This document shows, piece by piece, positions 36,991 through 47,771 of a stretch of 64,000 nt of DNA. This DNA is from Magallana gigas. Taxonomy: Eukaryota. The notes under the pieces were generated by a model. That model worked only from the letters and a program-made list of their open reading frames with translations, was not told the origin of the DNA and did not search any database. The number at the start of each line of letters is the position of its first letter. Position 1 is the first letter of the stretch. Where the stretch lies: NCBI RefSeq assembly GCF_963853765.1, contig NC_088853.1, positions 75,702,001 through 75,766,000 on the forward strand, written 5' to 3'. A program made the translations under genes and the position numbers.

Positions 36991-38831
36991 TTTGCAGGTT
37001 AATTGTTTGATAGTGTTATTTATCATGTGAAACTTGATGTCAGCTGGAATTATTTCAAAGAATTTGAGGAGAAGCTCAGTTTGGTCATTGCTGGAAGGAA
37101 GTGTGAAACCCCTTGAAGTGAACAGCTTTTCAATCTTAGGCTTAAATATTGCTACTTTCTGGGGAGGTTGTTAGAATCTTCTACTTCAATCATAACAGTA
37201 GCACGTATGTAGTTATTGCAAGCGCTCTCCCCATAGTTTCTCCCGCAGTTTTTGCAATTCATGCATTGGATGGATTCAGCTGGAGCAAGTTTCGTGTTAT
37301 TGCATGAAGTAGTGGGACACGCTAGGTATGGATCGACATCGAACACTGCGGTGATGGTTCCACTCTTGAAATCAGAAATGGGGGCGTTACCCCAATTTCC
37401 ATTATTGTCCACATCATCATCTTCATCGTCAGACACCAGCAGAAGAGTTTCATCATATGCAAGTTTCTATAATTTAATAAAAGTAGTGAGAAATATTAAA
37501 TTTCCTGATGATTACTGTTACTTATATTTACTGGTATGTTATATTACCTTTTCTTTCTATGCATCCTCATCAGATTACATTTCGAAGTTTCAGATTAAAC
37601 AAGGCGCCTAGGGGCCACATTGGTCACTTCAGCACACATGACCCACTAACATGAGTGATTGAAGTAGGTTTATGTCGTCAAACACAAAAAATTCAAGTAG
37701 GTAAATAATGTCTTATTCTAAAGTATTAGAACAATATTGCAGAATACACTGTTTTGGCAATTTTCTAAACCAATTTTTGGGCTTTAGTGATGTTACAGTG
37801 ATCATTATTTTAATAACTGAAAATAAAATTTTATGAGGAATCTTTTATTAGAATATCACTTCATGACAGAGAATTTCTTCCAAGATTTCATTTTACGAAA
37901 CATGGTAAATTTGTAATTGTAATTAAAAAACTATACTATTGACTATATGTGTACAACAATATAATTTTATTTTACAAAACTTGGTACATTTGTAATTGTA
38001 TTTAAAAACTATACCTATATGTGCAACAACGAACCTCACATTGGGATGATCTTGTAGTGGTAAGGCGTTTCTGCTCATTAAACAAACGGACCCTGCACTT
38101 TGTAATGGTCACACATTCTCCCTTTTGTAGTGTATTCACCATCTTGTCCCACACTGCAACTGTTGCGTGACTGTCTGTATCTTTCAACATGACCTCTTGG
38201 AAATCTACCTCGTTTTGTTCTACCCTTTTCTTGCTTGCTGGTGACAGCTGTATGAAAATTAGAATACATAATTATAGAAAATGAAAGAATTTTTAACAAG
38301 TACTTTTTATTTTATGCTTTAATGATTCATATTTATGTGATGATTAAAATAGATCAATTTAAATTCTAAATAATATATTTCACTCATTTAATATCAGAGT
38401 ACCTTAACAACTTTTCCCTTTACGGTAAGCAGCGTTTTTACAGGTGAAGCAAGTGCATTCTTTAAGGTCATTGTTTGTCCAGCAAGGGTTGGAGCATGAA
38501 GCCTGATCTCATCAGGAATAGTAAATGGTCTGCAAATGCCTACATCTGTTTTGCTTGTAACAGCTATAAAATTTTGCTTCATAAGAATGTTCATCAGAAC
38601 TACAGCCATTCCCTTAATAAATTTGTTTTGTTTCTGTACATCATAGATTGTTACTGATATCGCTGCGGTTTCATCAGCAATAATTGCATAGAATTTATCT
38701 TTGTATTGTGAATTTTCTGCTTTTTCAATGTCACTGACTTCAAGCACTACCCCTCGCACTGAAGGGGATGGTGGCAGAATGAGATCTTTCACTTCTTTGT
38801 CTTTAATATCTTTTATTTTCAGCATCTGCAA
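36979..38831 (-). pseudogene. Three-exon RPA70-like OB-fold/zinc-ribbon ssDNA-binding gene carried by the Helentron
   Basis: Exons 38831-38403, 38247-38035 and 37466-36979 join in frame across GT-AG introns. OB-like blocks (VRGVVLEV...YAIIADETAAISVTIY; VKGKVVK...VMLKDTDSHATVAVWD...GECVTITKCRV) and YLACPTTSCNNTK...CKNC zinc ribbon. One frameshift at ~37160. Confidence 0.72.
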
Positions 38832-38939
38832 TTTTCACAATATTGCATCATAATTACATATCATACATTTTGCAACTAATTCTTTGTGAATATAAATGAA
38901 ATGTGAAGCTTACTTGCAGTAAGAGGACAACTGATCTTA

Positions 38940-39258
38940 CATGTAACAGTCACAAAGCATTTTGGCCTCGCTCTAGAGTCAAACCCCAGGAGACATGATA
39001 TTTACAATTTTGGTAAAGGGCTTTTGTACAGAAGAATATTTTCATTACCATTGTTGCCCTGCCCCTAGGACCCTTATGGGACAATAGTTATGAAATTTAC
39101 ATTTTTTGTTCCTCTAACACCTAAGATGCATTTAACAAACTTTAAAAAGAATTAAGCAGTTAGTTTTAAAGAAGAAGTTAAAAATGTTCAATTGTTAACA
39201 CACGACAGACATATTATATCAATTGCAATTGGTCATCTGAGTGACTCAGGTGACTTAA
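38940..39258 (-). mobile_element. HINE fragment (Cg170-associated family)
   Basis: Reverse-orientation head CAATTGGTCATCTGAGTGACTCAGGTGACTTAAA, plus a CTAGAGTCAAACCCCAGGAGACATGA block. Confidence 0.6.
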
Positions 39259-39751
39259 ATATTAGACAATCATTTGTACATGTATTCATATTTTGAAAAA
39301 ATGATTTGTCAAATCATCATCTGATTTATGATATAAAATAGTAATTTCAATTTCCAAGTAAATTCAAACTGTTGTGTTGAATTATCAATACTGTTCAGTG
39401 TTCATTTAGTGCTGCTTGTAGCCATTTCTGCTTTTAATATAGACTAAGAATATATACCAAACAATGCCCTAATATTGTCACGTTATGAAATAATGTAAAT
39501 TTCTATGTTATTTGAAAAGAAATTCAGCACGCTCACACGAGTTATAAAGAGTTAAAATTCTGGTATTGGTGATTTAAGATAGGTCTAGTAACATCTTTAA
39601 ATTCTATATAATTATGCATGTTTCAAAATTGAACTGGGATAAATTAATTAAATGTCTGTTTTTTATTGAGAAGTTTTCAGCACGCAGGGGGACAACTTGC
39701 CAATAGACACACGTGCAAATACAGGCTAACAGCATTGAAGTTAAAGATTAA

Positions 39752-41430
39752 TTATTCTGTTAAAGAACAAAGTCTTGTATACTCTTCCAAAGCTTTGACA
39801 GGGGGTGTAACTTTCTGATAATTAAATGCCAGCAAATATAAACCTGACAATTTTTTGATTCTGCTTAAGGCAACATAAGCCATTCCATTTTCAAACACAT
39901 TGTTACCAATTGAAATGACTGCTTGTGATAAAGATGCACCCTGGACTTTATGGATTGTAGTTGCCCATGCTTGAATGAGAGGAAATTGCTCCCTAACAAG
40001 TATTCTTCCATTGTAATAAAATTCTTGACACAAGGGCTCAATAGCTATTGCATTATTATGTTCAACCCTTTTAAGAATACCTCCAATATGTGGGTCATCA
40101 AATTTAACATATATTAAGTTAACTTCTCCTGTCATTTCTTGGTGCATTTCTATTGACTCTACAAACCCAAGAGCTCCATTTACTAGTCCTTTTGATGTAT
40201 ATATATATTTTATTAACATAACCCTTGTCCCAATGGATATTTGTAACTGGCATGGTAACCCACCTGCATTTCTATCATCTACAGGGATATCATCATTAGA
40301 AAGAAGCCCCTTTTTTTCTATGTCATCTTGAGAAAAATAATGTTTAGCTTTGACCTCAATGCATTCTCGGCTTAACAACACTTGCATCTTGTTGTTATGT
40401 TGTTGAACTTCTTTAAGTGTGGGAAATAAATGAAGAAGGGAAGAAATATCTCTTTGTGGGGGCTTAAATAACCTCGACTGTAGAATTTTGAGATCATCTT
40501 CATTCAGTAAGCCAACTCTAGCTCTATTTAATACTGCAGCATATGTAACATTTTCAGATTGCCGTACATTTTCTTTGAGAATAAAAAGCTTAAAATTTGA
40601 CCATAGAATTGCATTTTCAAAGGCATATTTGCCTTTAACAGGTTTCAATTGAAGGAAATCCCCTATGACATTTACATTTCCGAATGGTTTATCATTATCT
40701 TTAATTGAAGTTAGCCTTCTATGAATGTATTCAAGAGTTTGTGCACTAACCATTGAAATTTCATCAATGATCAGTGTATGAACATATGAATAAGTGGATC
40801 TTAATTTCTTCAAACTTTTCCCAGATAATTCATGAAATTTGGGTTCATTTCCATGTTGCACTAGTAAATATAGTGCACTATGGATTGTAATTCCCAAGAT
40901 ATTTCTAGCTGCTGTTCCAGTTGAAGCACATACCATTACTGGAGATTTTCCACAAACAATTGAGCAACAGCAGTTTAACCAGTCAATAATCAGTCTTGTG
41001 AGGTAACTTTTTCCAACTCCTGCCCCAACACTAATAAACATGCAAAGTTGCTGAGAATTATCTTTGTTTTTATAATGATTAAAAATGTAATGCATATCAG
41101 TTTTTTGACACCTTGTTAACCTTGCTATTCTGCTTTTTATCTCGTCAAAAGATATAGATGATGTACTAATTTCATTGATGTGCAGCTCATCACTATTTTC
41201 ACAACTAAGTTCATTTCCTACTTCTCTACTCAAATGAACATCAACATCATCCAAGTTATGAGGGTGTGATACTGATAATGAGGGATCTTCCAAAAGACAG
41301 TCATCATCAACATATAGATGTTCAGAAGTAGATGGGGCAATAAAAGCCTCCATCTCTTTTACAGAACACCGAATAAATCGAACTGCATTTTCAATTTCAT
41401 CTACTCTTAAAAGTCTAATTGCATGTTCTG
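39752..41430 (-). pseudogene. RepHel C-terminal PIF1-family (SF1B) helicase
   Basis: 533-aa ORF: AGVGKS (Walker A), LIIDEISM (Walker B), GDFLQLKPV, LKENVRQ, QFPLIQAWATTIHKVQG, YVALSR. Linked to Rep by a frameshift at ~41430. No C-terminal endonuclease. Confidence 0.93.
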
Positions 41431-43049
41431 TCTTTTAGCAATAAATGCATCTCTTGCTGTGCTATATGTTGAGGTTTGATTTTTTTGTGTAAGTTCTTCA
41501 TTTTGATGGGGTAAAAAGCACATCAAGAGACTGTAAAAGTAATCATCAGATGACCATGGCAACTTTGGGAGGCGAATTATCAAAAATTTTAATCTCTTTC
41601 GCATTATGACATGTTGAAACGGAGGCCTTAATCTTATACGTGGTTGCCTACTTGAAGAAGCGACAGATATATCAACATCTTTGTCTGCACACTTAACATA
41701 CCATTGCGAAAATTCAAATAAACATAGATTGAATAGTTCAATTGGACGTGCATGATAATAATCTATCATATTGTTGTAAAATATATCTGTACTTGTATTA
41801 TCTAGTTCCTCTCGTTCTTGTTTTGATTTAAGTACGCGGAACCTCTTTTCTGGTGGTTTTGTATTTAGTGTCAAAACTGACCTTGAGGAAATTATCAAAT
41901 TCAAATCTGGGAGAAGCCTATAAGCTGCTTCTTGTGCACTTAATTTTCTTGACTTTAAAACACAATATCCAATTTTTAGCATTCTAGAAGACTGAGACGA
42001 AGCAGGCATTTGATTCAAGTTGTTAATGACTTTTGACAATTCAAATTTTAAATTTTCAGGCTCTGCTTCACATAAGTAAGCACATACATAATAAGCAGCA
42101 GATTCACAACTACCTATCACTTGTATGTCCATGTTTGCTTGCCAATGATTCAAAATAACTGGGTTAAAAGCATTTATATAACAATCATCTGTAGTGCGTT
42201 CAGTTTCATAAAACTTGCCTTTGATAATGTTTGACTGTAAATCTACATTACTCAAAATGCATGTTTCCTTCATTTCTCTAAATGGAAAACCAAAGCGACA
42301 GCGGCCAGTTTTTCTCAAACAGTAGTCAGAATGACGATAAGTTTGAAATTTTGAAGCAAACTGACTTGTGCTGTGTTTTGTGCTTATAACATCATTGATA
42401 TACCTTACAAGCTTTTTGTGGTCACTAAATATTTCTGAAAAATTTTCAATCCAAAAGAAGATATGAAAATGTGGGCTTCCGCGAATTTGGAATTCTACAC
42501 GCACGAAGTAATCAACTACTTTTCCTAAAGGCATTAAGGGTCCGAGAATAACATCTTTCAGTAGGATCCCAAACCGCCCTTGAAAATGAAGTGCTGTCAA
42601 AACTGGGTCATTTTTCACCAACTGTAAACAGTTTGTCATGTTACATGCTTTTTCGTAGCTACAACAGTCCAGGGACATTATTAGATCGGGCCAATGCATG
42701 TCATTAGCTGATAACGTCACAAATAAGCTAGGAGGTCCCAGACATTTAAACATTGCCAATAAATTTAATACCTTTCATGAATTTCATAAACATGTAAGAG
42801 TTCTGCAACAAGTCAGGATTACTTGAAATGTTATTTACATCTGATGCTGTTAGCAATCCAGTGCTTTTTCTCATTCTCATGTGAATACTGACAGCATTTA
42901 ATAATCTCTCTTTTTCGTAATAGTTCACTGCATGCAGTAAATAGGAAATATCTTTTCTAAATCTACCATCTTTATAATACATTCTACACTTAAAATATTT
43001 GGAAGGAGTTAATCTTGCAGGTCTCTCATGACCAAATCCATTAACACCT
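41407..43049 (-). pseudogene. RepHel HUH replication-initiator (Rep) region
   Basis: FVTLSAND (motif 1), VEFQIRGSPHFH (motif 2, HUH), YYVCAYLCEAE (motif 3). A deletion/frameshift at ~42750 lies between SYMFMK and LLAMFKCLG. Confidence 0.92.
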
Positions 43050-43055
43050 TGTGGA

Positions 43056-43272
43056 AGTAGTAGGGGGGTGGTGATACTAGCACACATCAACTCCACCCAC
43101 TGTACTATATAATACTACAGTGGGTGGAGTTGATGTGTCGAAGGCTCTGCATAATAATTATGCAGAGCCTTCGAGCCTTTTGATTTACATTAGTACTATA
43201 TACTATATAATACTACAGTGGGTGGAGTTGATGTGTCGAAGGCTCTGCAGGCTCTGCATAATTATGTAAAAT
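43056..43272 (+). repeat. Polinton left TIR (217 bp)
   Basis: Exact reverse complement of 58725-58941 by base-by-base reading. Confidence 0.95.
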
Positions 43273-43744
43273 AATACCTATGCAATATGTAAATTAACTC
43301 AAAAGGCTTGAAATGTCATCCACCTACTGTACTATATAATACCTATGCAATATGTAAATTAACTAAAAGGCTTGAAATGTCATCCGCCTACTGTACTATA
43401 TAATACCTACGAAATATGTAAATTAAGTCAAAAGGCTTGAAGTGTCGATTAGCATACTGTACTATATAATGTCTACGAAGTATGTGAATTAAGTCAAAGG
43501 CTTGATTGCTCTGCATAATCAACCTCGCCTATTGTAATATATAACATCTACGAAAAATGTAAATAAGGTCAAAAGGCTCAAGATCTAACTCCACCCCATA
43601 TGATAATATGCAAAAGGCTTAAAAAAAAACCAAAAATATATATAATTAACAACAATTACAAATGTACATAAAATGATTGTATAATTGCATCATAAAAATG
43701 TCTATTGCAACATGCCTGATGTATATAAAAATAACAACAAAAAA

Positions 43745-44161
43745 TATATAATACTACAGTGGGTGGAGTTGATGTGTCGAAGGCTCTGCATAATAATTAT
43801 GCAGAGCCTTCGAGCCTTTTGATTTACATTAGTACTATATACTATATAATACTACAGTGGGTGGAGTTGATGTGTCGAAGGCTCTGCAGGCTCTGCATAA
43901 TTATGTAAAATAATACCTATGCAATATGTAAATTAACTCAAAAGGCTTGAAATGTCATCCACCTACTGTACTATATAATACCTATGCAATATGTAAATTA
44001 ACTAAAAGGCTTGAAATGTCATCCGCCTACTGTACTATATAATACCTACGAAATATATAATTAACAACAATTACAAATGTACATAAAATGATTGTATAAT
44101 TGCATCATAAAAATGTCTATTGCAACATGCCTCATGTATACAAAAATAACAACAAAAAATA
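43745..44161 (+). repeat. Internal direct duplication of left-end sequence
   Basis: 43745-44056 copies 43106-43417 (offset 639); 44051-44161 copies ~43636-43748. Confidence 0.9.
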
Positions 44162-44496
44162 AAATAAGAGCATTAATCACTATTAATCACAAATGTATAT
44201 CAAATGATTATTTATAATGCTGGAATAAAAACATAAACTCACTATCAACTGTATCATAAACAAAAAAAAAAAGTTTCCATGCCTCATGTATGTAAAAAAA
44301 TAAAAATACATAAAATCACTATCAATCACAAATGTACATCAAATGATTATTTATAATACTGAAATGAAAATGAAAAATTCAACAAAATTTTACAATATTA
44401 CATAAAATGATTGTTTGCAGCATTGAAACAAAAATGAAAATAAGCAAAACTAATATACATGTATTAGCGGAACTTAAATATAATTTTGATAAGAAT

Positions 44497-44817
44497 TCAT
44501 ACAATTAATAAACTACGAAAAGAAGTCACTCCACTATCTGTAACAACATGCTGATTCAGGTCCTTACACCTTAATGGTGTAATTTCAATCGCCACAACTT
44601 GTACTGAACAGTCTCGGAGATCCAAGAGTCCATCGCCGTCGAAGCGATCAAAGTAAAGGATGGGGATGTCATCAATACAGCCCCTGTACCATCCTCCACC
44701 ATTCCACATGCATTTTCCAGCACTATCACAAATAGAGTCCAAAGGCTTGCCATGCATGCGAGCAAACAGCATGATGATAAGAATGAAAGAAACGGTACAC
44801 ATGTTCATGTTTGCCAT
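44497..44817 (-). CDS. Small putative secreted Cys-containing protein (106 aa; possibly first exon only)
   Basis: Hydrophobic N-terminus (CTVSFILIIMLFARMHG) followed by five Cys; inside the Polinton. Confidence 0.5.
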   Translation of the reverse strand: MANMNMCTVSFILIIMLFARMHGKPLDSICDSAGKCMWNGGGWYRGCIDDIPILYFDRFDGDGLLDLRDCSVQVVAIEITPLRCKDLNQHVVTDSGVTSFRSLLIV

Positions 44818-45620
44818 TTTCTTTTCACTTCGGCGTGTTCCTTCGCATTTAATGAATTTCGAGCCCGATTTTATTGTTTCAATTTAAATGAGATATAATG
44901 GGATATATATATATTTATTTATATAAAACAGCCTGTTTGTGTTCAATTCCATTTAATTTTACGATTTTATATATATTTTGAACTTAATAACTTGATATGT
45001 TTTGTTTACTTCTTTATTAATAAGTTCTTAATTTGCAATCTTTCAATCTTATATTTAGCTTTAATTAAAAATTTAATGCTGAAATATTGTTTATCAGACA
45101 GTACTGTTTTCAAGGACGAGTCAATGGTCGAGAAGTTATTATATACATTAAAACTTTATTGTGTAAAAATATCTATCATATCAAATTTTCATCAGTTGTA
45201 TATATAAAAAGTTCGAAGTCTGACATTACCATAATATTATAATATATAAAAAAAAAAAAAAAAAAACAGAGGCAAAGGTTACGAACAACAGGGTAATTGG
45301 CAATACACATCCTTACATACGTTGAGTAATCAAAATCAAGAGTCATAAAATTTGCAAGACTAAAGCTGTTTACTTCTTTACAAGACAATAGTTGTTTGCT
45401 ATATTTTGAACTTTTCAACTATAATTTATATATCATATGCTGAGTAATCAAAATCAAGAGTCACAAAATTTGCAAGACTAAAGCTGTTTACTTCTTTACA
45501 AGAAATAGTTGTTTGCTATATTTTGAACTTTTCAACCGAAATTTATTATTGAAAGGGTTATTAGAGAGTGTATATATATATGAAAAAGTTCAAACACTGA
45601 CGACGCATCTAAAAGCAGTC

Positions 45621-46433
45621 ATGGCTTCGAATGCAAGAGCGGTCTTCTCACAGCAAATTGATGATGATGGTGAAACACCTATGTTTGTCATAGAGAAAAA
45701 TGATTCTCTAAGAATTAGAAAAGGACAGTACTCTATCAAGATGAGCTATTATAACCGGAAAGTTTACTTCCACATTCAAAGTAAGTTATAAACCTTATTA
45801 AATAAACCTCTGTTTTATATGGTAATTTATCCAGAAAACGTAAACTAAAATATTCATGATTTTTAAATTATTTGGTATTTTTGATACTACTCTTTGTTTT
45901 TATTTATTTATTTATTATTTTTGTTATAATTTTTTAAAGTATTGATATGTTACCATGTAAAACTTTTACGTTTACCTGTTATATCATTAATATATCCATT
46001 ATTAAATTAAGATTAGATTAAAGTGATTTTACGTTCCTGATGATACTTTAATGTAAAATTTTAACATTTTTCTTTTCTGTTTCTTCCTGACAGACAATGC
46101 AAAAGGAACATCGACTTCCATTCCCGAGGAGGTCATGCTAGCAATGGCAGGTTTGGGGGAAGAGATTACAGCAGTGCGAGACTTTGTAAAAAGTCTACAA
46201 CCCCCGAGTCCACCAATGGTAAGTTTTCTTGAAATTTGTCTTTATGTTTAGACGATGAGATACATGTATATAACCGTTTAAATAATTCATACAGCTGATA
46301 TACATGAATGTCGGATAGGTAAAATTCCACAAGTGTTATTATTTTTTTAATATAGCTCAGAATCACCCTTCCCAAAAAAAGGAAGGTAACAATTGTTGAA
46401 TCAGACGATAACGAAGATGGGGGAGCTTTTTAA
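45621..46433 (+). CDS. Three-exon ~120-aa Polinton accessory gene, weakly PC4-like
   Basis: Exons 45621-45780, 46094-46218 and 46356-46433 join in frame through GTAAGT...AG introns: ...YSIKMSYYNRKVYFHIQNNAKGTSTSIPEEVMLAMAGLGEEITAVRDF... Confidence 0.55.
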
Positions 46434-46563
46434 GATTCATGACCATCTTGGCTGTAGATAGAAATCATTTATTCAGGAAATGTGTTAATCAAGAATATTA
46501 ATACTCGATCCAAGAAGCGGAAGAAGTTACCCTATTTTTAATTATTTTAACAAGATCCAATCT

Positions 46564-46911
46564 TTGCGGCATTCCTGCGTGGTGGAATTACAGAATGTGG
46601 CGGTCAAACTTAAGTCATCAGCAGATGTTCTTCTAGAAGGAATTGACAAAAAAATAAGTGAAGTTGAAGTAGGCGAACAACAATTAGAAATAATCAAAAA
46701 TCGTATGGCCGACATACGTTCCATCCACTCATTGCGACCTTCCTCCGTGGTGGAATTACTTAATGAGACAGTTAAACTTACGTCGTCAGCAGATGTTCTT
46801 CTGGAAGGAATCGATAGAAAAAAGAAAGAACTTAATGCAGATAAACAACAATTAGAAATAATAACAAATCGTATGGTTGACATTTATCACTGTCTATGTA
46901 TCATGAAATGA
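46564..46911 (+). CDS. Coiled-coil ORF/exon with an internal 56-aa (168-bp) duplication
   Basis: SCVVELQNVAVKLKSSADVLLEGID...NRMADI is repeated as SSVVELLNETVKLTSSADVLLEGID...NRMVDI. Confidence 0.5.
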   Translation: MRHSCVVELQNVAVKLKSSADVLLEGIDKKISEVEVGEQQLEIIKNRMADIRSIHSLRPSSVVELLNETVKLTSSADVLLEGIDRKKKELNADKQQLEIITNRMVDIYHCLCIMK

Positions 46912-47771
46912 TCACCTTAAGGTAAGGTCAAAATTAAAATGTTTGTTTGCAGTTGACTATCCTACCCATTAAAATATATGCGACAAACCTTTTAACCTAT
47001 TATTTGTGATTCAATAGGAAGCAGTAAAGTAATATTGTTATAAAATTGAAAAACTATCCATTCATTCTAAAAATTACAGGTTGACAATTGCAAACAATTT
47101 TTTTTAATTTTTGACCTAATGTTTTGTAGCGTACTTCCGACTTGATCGAGTATTCATTACTTTACCCATTTTATGTGCTCATATAATTGTATACTGTATT
47201 AAGATTTATCAATTAATTTGTGTATTATTTTGATTTTAAATTATGGAAAACTAATTGCCAACATATTTAATCCTTTCACGATAGCAAAGTCAAAATATTA
47301 AGATATGTTAACACAGTATTGATAAATCTTAGGCAAATTATTATACGTGTATACTCTCTTGATAAAAACTCTTCCATTTTATACTTTATATATTGCCTAC
47401 TGTTTTCATTTAGTAAACGTTAATGACTCTGCAACGAAAAACGTGATAATTGGAGAGCTATTGTAAACAATATCATGCTTTATTCCATTACTCATTTAAT
47501 CCAATTAAACAAATTTCTGCATATTAAGAATATTGACTTTGATTGTTACTTTCCCAGATACGGAATTGTTAGTTGTATCCTTAATTATTTATTTCCAATT
47601 AAGCGATTTTGCTTAACTATTTATTGTAAATCAAAGTAAAATAAATTGTTGGAACGAAGGTTTTATGTTTATTTCAAATACAGAACACTGATTTGTATCA
47701 AACGTCTCTATCTTAATTACATGTTTACATTCATATGCTAATAAATTTAATCAAAATACATATTGTACAGT

